A stretch of 64,000 bases of DNA from Lama guanicoe. Its lineage: Eukaryota. A program made the translations under genes and the position numbers. The stretch is taken from assembly GCA_013239625.1 (NCBI GenBank), contig MU054187.1:14666974-14730973 (forward strand). The letters run 5' to 3'. This document shows, in pieces, positions 28,990-40,078 of the stretch. The notes beneath the pieces were generated by a model. It had not been told where the DNA came from, searched no databases, and saw only the letters and a list, made by a program, of their open reading frames with translations. Within the stretch, counting starts at the first letter, position 1. Each line of letters begins with the position of its first letter.

Positions 28990-29086
28990 GCAGCACTGCA
29001 TCCTGGGGTTTGTAGTTTCTATGGCGGGTACTGGGTACTGTCGTGTTTCGCTGAGGCAGCACTGCATCCTGGGATTTGTAGTTTCT
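28990..29086 (-). promoter_or_regulatory. Two ZNF143/THAP11-type ACTACAnnnCCCAG..TGCA motifs forming a 31-bp direct repeat
   Basis: gcagcactgcatcctggggtttgtagtttct (28990-29020) and gcagcactgcatcctgggatttgtagtttct (29056-29086); the reverse complement is ACTACAAA(C/T)CCCAGGATGCA. Confidence 0.8.
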
Positions 29087-29578
29087 CACCCTGAGCCTTA
29101 AGATCCTGGTAATTGGGGAGACTGTCCCTGCCTTTCGTTTTGGGATACGCTTGGAGGTGGGAGAATATCTGTAGAGGGAAGACTGAAAAGTGGGAGTGCA
29201 GTTTCTATGCTAACAGGATCGTGCTGTTTATGAATGCCCTTCTGTCTTTTGTGAAAAGTTGCAGAGCTTGTTGAAGAGCATCTCAGTTGCTCGAGAAAGA
29301 GGCTGGCCTCATTTCCTCTGTTCCCGGTAACTTTAAGTGTTTACTGAAAACAACCCCCACCCCCCAACCTGGGGCCTTTCCTCCACCTCCCATCCCCCTT
29401 CTAGCCACCGGGTTGTTCAGGTGCTGGATTCTGAAATCATTCATAGAAATTCCTGCCACCAGTACTTAATTCTCACACCATCTTTGTCTTTCCACGCCCC
29501 CTCTGTCCCCCCTTCCTCTCTCTCCCGCTCCCTCGCCGGCTCTTTCTCTCTCTCCCCACAATCTCCCTATCCTCTTTT

Positions 29579-30044
29579 CAGATCTTACCTCCACTTAAGA
29601 TGGGATTATGTCCTGATAAGCCCATCAAAGTTGAAAATATTAAGTAGAAATGCATTTAATAGACTAACCTACTCAACATAGTTTAGCCTTAGCCTACTTA
29701 GAACGTGCTCAGAACCCTTAACACTAGACTGCAGTTGGGCAAGAATCAACTAACACGAAGCTTATTTTATAATGCAGTGTAGATTATCTTGTGTAATTTA
29801 TTGATTACTGCACTGAAAGTGAAAAACATAATGGTCCTTCAGTGTATTGGTTGTTTCCCCTTCTGATTGACTGGCTGAATGGGAGCTTCAACATTGGGAG
29901 AGAGTCTCATACTGCATATTGGTAGCCCAGGAAAAGATCAAAATTCAAAATTGTGTAGGGTTTCCATTGAATGTGTATAGCTTTCCCATTATGGTAAAGT
30001 CAAAAAATTGTTAAGTCAAGCCATCCTAAGTCGGAACTGCCTTT
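29579..30044 (+). mobile_element. MER47/Tigger5-family DNA transposon remnant
   Basis: cagat...acttaagatggg...aaatgcatttaata...aacgtgctcagaac...ctgaaagtgaaaaac...ccatcctaagtcgg, matching the recalled MER47 consensus with degraded TIRs. Confidence 0.8.
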
Positions 30045-31598
30045 ACTTGCTTTCAAATGCTGAAATTCAGGCACTCTTCCAGGAAGGGTGAAACAGCTAA
30101 ATAAAGTTCACCCTCTGTTTACCGGGCTGTGGCACGAAAGGAATGTAAGGCCAAGACTCTCACCGCTGCAAGTTGCTCAACTAGGACTGTTGTGTAACAA
30201 CAGTCCACAAAAGGAAAACAGATACAGGCGATACAAAGTTTGACTTAATTAATGACTTTTGCCTGATAGATATTTTAGTTGATTTGGCATATAAAAGGTA
30301 TTACTTTTTACAGATTGTCCTGGGTTAATTTTTCAAAGCCTCTGCAAAAAATTTAAACAAAACCTTTTGGTTATAATAGCTCAGAATAAATTTTGGTGGA
30401 GAGGAGAGGCAATGGGGTGAAAAGAGGCGGCGGTGGGCTCATTTTCAACTTCCCCCTTTCCTTGTTGCATTATCACCTTCTAAAAGGATCACTATGTTAG
30501 TTGCCTAGAGGATGATAGAATTTTCCAGGTGAAGATACCGAGGTTAGCTAATGCCAGATTTAGGGCTAGAATCTAGTTGAGGACTATTATTTTCTTTTGT
30601 GCAAATTTTTATTTAAAAATTTTATTTATTTATGTAATCAATATAATACATGCTTATAAAATGCAGAAATTACAGATAACTTTGTTTTTCTATGCACTTT
30701 TACATAGATCATACTGTGTATATCGTTCTTTATACTATTTATTTTCCAACTTAACAAACCTCAATAACCCACACCTCTGTAACCAAAATCTCAAGAAGCA
30801 TCATTTTTAATGTCTGTGTAGAATTACATTGTTCAACTGTACCATGATTCACTTAAGTATTTCCTTAAATCTTGGATATTGACTTTATTACCATTTTAAA
30901 ATCATTATAAGTAATACTGTGTTCAGTATCTACAGAAATCTTTGACCATGTTTCTGTTTCTTTAGAATATGAACATTTTTAAAGATCTTGTTATCTATTA
31001 ACAAATTCTTTTCCCAAAAGATTCTCCTAGTATTTGCTCCAAACCAGTAATGTATGAAGAAGATTTAGTGTTCTTATCAAAATAGTACCTCTACCAAAAA
31101 ATTTCTTTTCTTTTTTTCCATCATGCCATTATGACCTTAAGCTCAACTTAATGGAGGGAAAGGGGACTAGTGGATTGGGAGGGAAGACAACTAAAAAACA
31201 AACAAAAATTACATACAGTAATGGTGTCCATATATTCTACAAGTGATACCCAGTTTCATTTTCGCCATCAGCCTCCATCTTTAAAGGGAAATTCCTAGAT
31301 GATGTGAATGGGGAATCAAGGTTTAATTTATAAACAGCCTTAGTATCATTCTAAAATCCCATTCAAGTAGTTTATATTCAACAAATGTCTCTAAATTACT
31401 AGAACTACGAAATCTATTTAACCATGAATAACAATTCCATATAGATCAATAGCACAGAGTTTTCAGAATGAGATCTCATTTTAGCTATTTAGAAACCTTG
31501 ATAAGTAGACCAAATGTTAATATTTTCATTTGCTTTCAGTTTCCATAGGAAGAAACCAAGCTGAACAGAAGATAAAAATTCAGATTCTCTCAACATAT

Positions 31599-31939
31599 TG
31601 TAGAAGTAATCATACAAGGAGGCCATTAGACTGAGATGGCTCTGATGCCTTGGTAAAGCAACCAAACCCTAAGCTGGACTTAATTCCTGTAAACGCCTCC
31701 AGGGTAGGAACAACTAACCACAAACAGCCAACTAGATTTTCTCAAATAATGCAACAGCATAAGCTATAACCAATCAAATAATATACTTGTTTTGCATGTG
31801 CATCTTCTCTATAAAAACCTTGCCCTAGATCTTGTCAGTGGAGTACTCCTAACCACTCCCAGTTTGGTGCCTGATTCGAATAAATTTTTGCTCAAATGAA
31901 CTAAAAATTTTTAACATGCCTCACTTTATGTTTTTAAAA
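31599..31939 (+). mobile_element. ERV1-type solo LTR
   Basis: Starts TG; CCAAT 31770, TATAAAA 31810, AATAAA 31879; flanked by ATAT/ATAT 4-bp TSD; terminal CA is decayed. Confidence 0.65.
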
Positions 31940-32769
31940 ATATTAAAGGAAAACAGTTTACATGAACAGAAAAATTTAAATACATATCAGTATATAAGAA
32001 TGTATAATTTATGTTTGTAATATGAATTATACTAAAACAAGAATTTTTAACAGTGGAAGATAACTTTAAGAAATTGAAGTTATCCATAAAGAAGTAGCAT
32101 AATTTTATCCTGGATACTCAGAAAAAGACAGGATTTGGAGTTGCGATGGTAATACTATTTTAGACTATTAGTTTGCTCCTCTCCTGTGCAAATAACATTT
32201 TGAGTAAAAACATAATTCTGAAATAGTAAACAAAAGTGTGTCTTTACTAGTTGGGTGCTCATCCTTCAGACTCAGCTGAACCTGAAGCCTCTGTACAGTA
32301 TAAGGCGAAAAAAATTGTTGTTTCTTGGATTTCTGTAACATTTTGTAAGTTGGTATATTTCAGTTATACTACAGCATTATATTTTAGCTTATTTTTAGGT
32401 GTTTCCTTCACTATGTAAGCACTGTGGATTTCCAATTTCATTCCTTACCTTTGTATCCGCTGCTTCCAACTTAGTCCTGGCAATAGGTGAGGCGCTCGAT
32501 ACCTCTAACGAATAATGAACGAATGCGTATATGAATCAGAATGTCTGAAGACAAATTTGACAACTATCAACATTATATGAATGAATTCCCTTTATGTTCT
32601 ACCAACCCATTGGTTGGATTAAATTAACCATTCATTTTTGTTCAAACGTAAAATGTATTATTCCTTGTGCCAATAGGTTAGAATGATTTTCCGCAAAGAA
32701 AATAGTTTTTCGGGGCCTAGAAGATGATGCCCAGGAGAATGAAAGATTTAACCCCGGCTTCCAGGCTTT

Positions 32770-33530
32770 GTGCTTCGCGCATGGCTTCTCCCCTCTGTCC
32801 TCCCACACTGTTACAAAGAGCTGCAGACTCAGACGAGAGCAAACGCGCGCGCTGGGCGTCTGCCGATCCCCGCAGCGATGCTCGGGAGGGGCTCAGAGCC
32901 TAAGCGGCAAGGAACGCACGCCCCTGGGCAGGTTGCGAGCGGGCTGCACATCTGCGCACGCGCGGGCGGCCTAGGCGGCCCGCCGGCCTTCTGGGGGCGG
33001 CGCGTGCGCCGCTCGTCCCGGCCGCGGTCTACTGAGGAGCCTCAGGGTGTCTCGCTACTGCCGCAGTGTGGTCCCTCGTTCCTTATCACGCGCGGGATGC
33101 TGCTCCTGGCGTTGGGCGGTCCGTGGGCGGCCGGACTGCGGCTCGCGGGGAAGAAGACGGCGCCGTGGGCGGCCACCGCGCTTCGAGGCCCCAGGGCGGC
33201 CCTCTCGTGGGCGGCCTCCTGTAGCGGCTTCTCGGGTCCGATTGGCGGCTGGGGCGCGGGGCTGCGGGGAGTCGCGCCGCTTCTCCCGCGTCCCGTGCGA
33301 GTGCAGGTCGGCCGTCCGAGGGCTTGCGGACTGGAGTAAGGGTTGGGGGCGGGAGTGGCATCCGGCCTGGGGAGCCCGTGCTCTCAGGCAGCTCCTCCTG
33401 GCCTGCCTGGCGCCTCTAGTGCGGAAGGAGCCTTTTGCGGGGCCCGCAGGGGGAGCAGGCCTCGGCCTTCGGAGCAGGCGGCTGGTCCTGGGGTGCACAG
33501 CACCCGAGAGTCCAGCGGTGCCCGCTGGAA
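32770..33530 (+). promoter_or_regulatory. TMEM70: TMEM70 CpG-island promoter
   Basis: CpG-dense. NRF1-like TGCGCACGCGC (32953-63) and GCGCGTGCGC (33000-09), plus GGGCGG GC boxes, upstream of ATG 33097. Confidence 0.85.
33097..33306 (+). CDS. TMEM70: TMEM70 exon 1 (mitochondrial presequence MLLLALGGPWAAGLRL...RPVRVQ)
   Basis: 70 codons, Arg/Ala/Gly-rich with no acidic residues, similar to recalled human MLFLALGSPWA...; donor CAG|gtcggc. Confidence 0.92.
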
Positions 33531-34530
33531 AGTGGTTATTTTTTGGGCAGTTTCGGTCACTCTACAAGTGGTTGCAAATCCAGCAGGTTTGTGAGGAGTT
33601 GCTGATTTTCTTTTCTATCCTTGAGCGGAAGCTCGGAATGGTTAATTTGCGACGAAATTAGAGGCATCACGTGGAGATTGACTCTGAAAGAACTCAGAGA
33701 ACCTGATTTTGAATTTGTTATTTTTTTTTTATTAAGTGGCTCTATTTTTAGGAATTACTTTGCTCCCTGGAAAAAGGGGGTGGACATGTTAATCCTTCTC
33801 ATTTTAAATCTGAATAAATTGTCTTCTAATCCTGCCCCATAAAACATCAGGATTATCAAACGTGGTTGAAATTTGGAAGAAAGGCCAACACAGGAATTGG
33901 AATCTAATTAAATGTCAGCATAAAGGAATTAGGGATTCCTTTTACATTTTGAAGAGTGTGTGTTGTGAAAGTCATTTTCAGAGGTTCGGGGAACTCTTCT
34001 TGTGAAATTTGAAGTAGGATTTCAAGTAAAATATTTTTTTTACGAGGAACAAGGGATGGATACAAGGCCTTTGAGGAAAGAGCCATTCTTTTTAAAAAAT
34101 ACTAGCTATAGTATAAATATTTTAGAAATATTAAAAACGGTCAGGACTTCAAACAATCTGAACTTGCAGTGGTTTACTTAATTTTTTTTTGACGGTCAAG
34201 CGAGAGTGACGTGGAATAAAAGAAACTGTCCCATTAGCTTTTACTTGTTTAAAGCCAATTTATCTAAAAAGCTGCTAGCTGGGATGCAAACCTGGGTCTT
34301 CCAACTCCAGTTCAGCGCGTGTCCATTTGAGAATTAAGGAAACCCATTCTGTTACTCAGTTTTAATTTTTTTTTTAGCTCTGTAAATTATTTGGGAGAAT
34401 TCTTTAAATCACCCCATGTGATAAGTTCTCTTTTAGTGTTAATTATATTATTAAAAATAAAAAAAGTTAAAAGTTGATCTAAAATGCAATTTATTATATA
34501 GTCACCATATAATGGTCTCTGTTCTAATAG

Positions 34531-34636
34531 GTACCTGTTTGTTGGCATGGATGTGTTCGATGTTTACAAACACAACATGAAAAAGCAGAAGATGGAAGGC
34601 TGATTTATACTGGGAATCTGGCCCGAACAGTATTTG
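34531..34636 (+). CDS. TMEM70: TMEM70 exon 2 ([35 protein letters not shown])
   Basis: Acceptor ctaatag|, donor TTG|gtgggt; contains the conserved [10 protein letters not shown] motif; 106 nt. Confidence 0.96.
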
Positions 34637-36310
34637 GTGGGTAATCGGAAGTGAGGAAATTTCCCCCCCTTTTTTTTGCCTTTTATTGTAAAAAACGGTT
34701 ATTAGCATGTAGCGTTTATTATTTTAGCACCTTGTAATTATAACACATAAGGAAAAAATACAATTTTTTTTCTTGTGGCCTGTTGAGAGAAGATTTAGAG
34801 GCTGAGACCTTTGCATTTTTAGGAGATTTTTATAAGGTTTTTTGAAGACTCTTATGACTGATCTTATACCTGGGCACTAAAGATTTCGTCACCTCTCGGG
34901 ATGTTTAGTAACAAAACAACTGAAAGTGTCTATTTATGTAATGTTTGTGGATATCCAGAGAAAAAGTGTGGACGAGTACCTGTTAAGAATTATTTTGGGC
35001 AAGTTAGACACTTCTCTCTATTTTTAAGTTTGGCAGTTAAAATGAGTATGTAGTACCTTTATAATTCAAAAATATATTAATTTTATATTTTTAGGTCATT
35101 TTAGAGTTTTCAGCAAACATGTTTGTTTAGTGGCTTTTCCAGGTGGGAGGGAGTTATAGAGACTGTATACAATAGCTAATAAGTTTAATGCTCTTTCTTT
35201 AGATCGTAATTCAGTATTTAGTGTGGAATAATTCAGTAGGAAAGGTCAGAAGAATTTAGATATGTGATTTAGTCAAGTTCTGGAGGTTGTATTTCATTTT
35301 AATAATTCTTAAAAATAAGTATAACCTGAAATATCTGGAGGACTACTTTATAGTTAAGTTGGCCACAAGATTTCAGCATCCCATTTGTGTGTGTGTTTTT
35401 GATCATGTTGGTGTCAACTGATCGTCTAAAATTTACTCTGGAAATCTGTAAGTTCTCAGCTTTATGGCATTAAAATAGACTGTGTTTAAAATACAATTTA
35501 AGCTATTTAAAACTTTCTGGGAGTAAGGGCTGATTATAATCACTATTCAGTGGAGTTCTGAAGTTACTGGAATAATCATTCTTGGATGGTAGAAATTTCT
35601 TCAGGAGTCAATACACAAGTGGCCATTGAGCCTGAGTCACACCTCTGGCTTGGGATACCTGGACTGATGTTACTGAGATGTGTTAACAGTGACCCTCATT
35701 GTTCCCTTTCTGAACACAGACACCATTCCTTCAGACGAAGGGAAGGCTTATTTGTTTCACGTTTCCACTTGACTTCATGCTGGAAAGAAGAGAATGTAAA
35801 TAGGAACTAATTTTGGTGTGGGTAGGATGTAACGTTTGTGGAAGAGCATAGCTCTCCATGGTATTCAGATGTCTAGAATTGTAACTTGTAGAATTAAATC
35901 TTTGAGTTCTTTCAATATTATGATAATAGAAAGTCGCTCTATGTATTTATCAGGGATTAATTTTTTTGTATGTAGAAAATGAGGGAGAAACATTTTTTCC
36001 ATGTAAAACTGAGTGAGAGACCATTAACATAGAGGTACCGTTTCTGTAGATTCTTTAAACTACCAGATGGCTCCAGTTTAAGGACATTTGAAGGGCCTTT
36101 TAGTTGACAGTTCTTGTTAATTTTGCAACAAGTAATTACTCATGTCATGGTATTCCCATTTTAAGATGAGTAGAATTTGAATACAAAGAGGTGTGAGTGA
36201 AGGGCATCCCGGCTGTGGAAGTAGTATGAGCAAAGGCATCAAGATGGAAAAGCCCAGAATATGTTTAGAAAATAGCAATTACTTCAGTCCAAGCAAAATA
36301 AAGTGTGTGT

Positions 36311-36749
36311 GCGTATTAGTTTCCTAGGGCTCTTGTGTTAAATTTCCACCAACTTGGTGGCTTAAAACAGTAAAAATTCATTCTCATAGTTCTGAAGCCT
36401 GGAAGTCTGAAATCAAGGGGTTGGCACAGCTATGCTCTCTGAAGCCTCTAGGAAAGAATTCTTCCTTGCCTCTTCCAGCTTCTGGTGGCTCCCAACAGTC
36501 CTTTGTGTTCCTTGGCTTGTAGCTGCAGAACTCGTCTCTGCCTTCTGCTTCACACGGCCTTCTCTGTGTCTCTGTTTGTCCTGTTCTGTCCCTTTAAGGA
36601 TATTCTCATTGAGTGTAGAGCCCACCCTAATCCAGTATGACCTTATCTCAACTTTTAGTTGTCTGCAAAGACCCTGTTTCCAAATAAGGTCGCATTCTGA
36701 GGTTCTGGCTGGACGTAAATTTGGGGAGGACACTATTTAACCCACTTCA
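36311..36749 (-). mobile_element. MLT1 (MaLR) LTR
   Basis: tattagtttcctagggct...gaagtctgaaatcaag...tttccaaataaggtcgcattctgagg. Explains ORFs 36413 and 36432. Confidence 0.85.
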
Positions 36750-38209
36750 GTGTAGCAGAAGTAATGGGGGAAAAAGAGGTAGTTGGACGGGCTGAGGAGA
36801 CTTTTATATAGAAGGCAGCCTGGTCCCCATTTATCCCATGTGTACCACTGTTAACAGCAAATACCTGTGGGAGGAAAGAAGGAATTACTTTTTAAATTGC
36901 TGATGCAAGAGAATTAAGCCTTCAGCCAACAGCAGTGTATGAGAGTGTCTGCTTTGTTATTGCCTCACCAACAGAGTATGATGTCAAACTTTTGGTTTTG
37001 CCAGTTTAGGGGAAAAACTCTCACTGGTTTTAATTGCATGTTTCTCATGATCGGGGTGTAGCATCAGTTCATCTGTTGAAGTTCATTTTGTTTCCTCGGA
37101 CTGTCTGCTTATATTCTCTTGCATGTTTGTATATTAGGTTGTTATCTTTTTCTTCACATACACTAGAAACCTTTTATATATTGAGGATATTAACCCTTTG
37201 TGATGTAAGTTGCAAATATTTTTTCTCATTTGCCTCCTTTACTCTGTTTATGGTATTTATGTCCATGTATGTTTTAAAAATCAGATTTGTTAGTTTTTCC
37301 CCTTGATTGCCTCTGTATTTTGAGTCACAATTAGAAGAGTTTTCCCATTCTCAGGTTATAAGGGACTTCATGGATGTTTTCTTCTTATACCTCTCAGGAT
37401 TATTTGGAATTTCCCTGATTTATAGTATGGGAAGTAGACTGAATTTTATCTTTTCCATTTGGCCATCCAGTTGTCCCAACACCACTAGTTTCAGAGTGTA
37501 TCTTTATTTGATGCTAAATTTCCATATGCAGTTGGTTGGTTACTAAATTTTCCATTTTGTTCCATTAATCTGTTTACTTGTGCACCAGAACCACACTATA
37601 TTAATTATAACTCTAGGTTTTAGTATCAACCCTTCCCTTTTTTTTTCCGCTTCCTTTGTTTTTCCAAATTTACTTTATAATCGACTTGTCTACTAGGATC
37701 TCAACTCATCTGTTTTCCAAACAGATGGTATTTGATCATGTTAAACGTACACATTCAAACTAAGAAAAGTTACATTTTTAAGTCATTTATTTATTGTGGT
37801 AAAATACACATAATGTAAAATACCATTTTGACCTTTTTAAAGTATATAGTCCAGAAGTCATTGACTTTTAATCTTTCTAATGTGATAGGTAAAAATATCT
37901 CACTTGAATGTCTTTCCTTGGTAAAGGAGTTGAATACCTTTCCTATATGTTTCTTAATCACTGGTGTTATTTTTTTTTTTTGGTAATTTGCTGTTTTAAT
38001 CCCAGGCACCTTGATAAAGTTAGCCCCATATTTGAACATTTTGTGTTAGATCTGTGGAAGGGCTTGTTAATAGAGTTTTATTTCATAATCTGCTGACTGA
38101 ACTAACTTTCATGGTATTCATAAGGATCTTTGAGTAATACTAAATCTTTTATTGGGAACTGAGGTAGAAGCCAGTCAGCCCGAAAGCAGATTTCTCACCT
38201 GGAGAGGCA

Positions 38210-38445
38210 GTGCATTTTAGTGGCCAGCAGCCTGGACTGTAGCATCAGATTGCCTGGGCTTGCAACCCAACACAGCCACTAGGTAGTTCTGTGACATTGA
38301 GCAAGTGCCTCATTTTTCTCGTCTCTTAAATGGACAGATCATAATGATAATTACATCTCTCTCTCTATGGGACTTTTTTGTAGATTTTATGAATAAAACA
38401 TGTGAAGTGCTTAAAGCAGAAACTGGAATATAATAAGCACTATAT
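38210..38445 (+). mobile_element. MIR
   Basis: cagattgcctgggcttg...tgtgacattgagcaag...catgtgaagtgcttaaa. Confidence 0.65.
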
Positions 38446-38572
38446 ATGTGTTTTGATTTTGTTTGTTGTTGTTTTGTTTGATGACGATATGGTAGAAAGG
38501 TAGAAGAATTAATTGGATTGTTTCTTATATAAGTTGAAGGTATTAATTCTCGCCTATTTTCCCCCCATTTAG

Positions 38573-39030
38573 GTGTGAAATGTTTCTCTTACTCTACAAG
38601 TGTGATCAGCCTTGCATTTCTCCCGTACATTTTTGCACAAAATAATATTATATTTGGAAGTGTGCCTTTGCAAATCTTATTCTACGGCATCATAGGAAGC
38701 TTTACCGTGATCACTCCAGTACTACTTCACTTTATTACCAAAGGCTATGTCATTCGGTTGTACCATGAGGCCACAACAGACACTTACAAAGCCATTACTT
38801 ACAATGTGGTGCTTTTAGAAACAAGCACAGTGTTTCACCAAAATGATGTGAGGATTCCCAACAGTGCACATGTGTTTACCACATTTTATGCCAAAACAAA
38901 ATCTTTGTTAGTTAATCCAGCACTCTTTCCAAACCCTGAAGACTATAACCACCTCATGGGTTATGACAAACCATTCACTTTTGATATGGAAGAAGCCACT
39001 GAAAAGAAACAGCTTAAAGAAGAGAAATGA
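38573..39030 (+). CDS. TMEM70: TMEM70 exon 3 (ATP synthase assembly factor: two TM helices and C-terminus)
   Basis: Acceptor ccccatttag|; ORF 38575..39030 VKCFSYSTS...YNHLMGYDK. Total CDS 774 nt, 257 aa. Confidence 0.98.
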
Positions 39031-39083
39031 GCCTGTTGTTTTTATGTTTGTGCTTAAATGTGATGTATGTTCCAATGCATAAT

Positions 39084-39193
39084 AATAAAATTGCTTTTGC
39101 TTTTGATTTATGTTAGTGACTGTTAAAAAATAATCTGAAATTGTATCAAAAAGAACTTTAACTTTTCAGAGAATTATGTTCCTTTATAATAAA
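39084..39193 (+). terminator. TMEM70: Candidate TMEM70 poly(A) signals
   Basis: AATAAA at 39084-89 and 39188-93, each followed by T/GT-rich sequence. Confidence 0.55.
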
Positions 39194-39899
39194 ATAAGTT
39201 ATGTTTGAAAAACAAGACGTGATATTCTACCATTCTTGTTTTTAAAAAGTGTGAAAATAGATGTATTTGCTGACATACACTTTTATACTTTTATATTGTG
39301 AGTGTGGTTGCCTCTCAGCTGGGGATTGGATGTAAGAAGCAAATGGGAGAGTTATTTTTCCTCTGTGTTTGGATTTTCCTAAGGATATAGACATTACCTT
39401 TTCCCACATTGAAAACTCTTTAAAAGTTCACAAATTATGGAAAGCAGTGTTAATCTGCTTCCTTTGGTTCAGAACACAGGCTTTTGTTTAACTTCTCTGG
39501 TTGCCCATAGTAAGGATTTCCATTAGAGTGTGTGTCCAGTAGAGTGTGGTTAGCTGTTGGAGAAAGAAATGGTGACCTATGTTGTGTCGTCTTCAGTGGT
39601 CCCATTTGTCCCTCCACGTCCACTCTGGTACACCCTGTCACAGTAGAAAAATCGTCTGTACTGAATAGGTGGATAGTACGTTTTGTAAAGTAGCAGTCTC
39701 TGAGCTATCAAGGCATTTTAAGATTTTTACTTCTAATTGTAGAGAGAAAGTTGGTTCTTGCTAAGGATTTTCAGCCAGGAGCAAAAGGCCTCAACTCATG
39801 CTATTTAGTTGAGTAGATACTGATGACGTCTTAGAGTGTGCCCAGCAGTGCTAGTTGCCAGAGTCATGGTTAAGAAAAAAAGACCCAGTCTGTGTGGAG

Positions 39900-40078
39900 C
39901 TGCCTAACATCTCCCACCACCTGCCACAGTGGTCAGTATAACCTAATCTTTATGGCCTGCTGTGTGCGGGGGAGGTTGATGGAGATCCGGCTCTACGGGA
40001 CTGCCTAATGTCTCCTACCGCCTCCCATGATGGTTCATATCTTTTTGGTTTGCCTGTGTGTGAGGGAGGCTGATGGAG
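39900..40078. repeat. Diverged two-copy tandem repeat, period about 101 bp
   Basis: ctgcctaa..tctcc.acc.cct.cca...ctgtgtg...gggagg.tgatggag at 39900-39984 and 40001-40078. Confidence 0.75.

Noticed and set aside
33047..33661. 204-aa plus-strand and 147-aa minus-strand ORFs over TMEM70 exon 1
   Set aside because: These are alternative frames of a GC-rich island; only the frame from ATG 33097 matches TMEM70.
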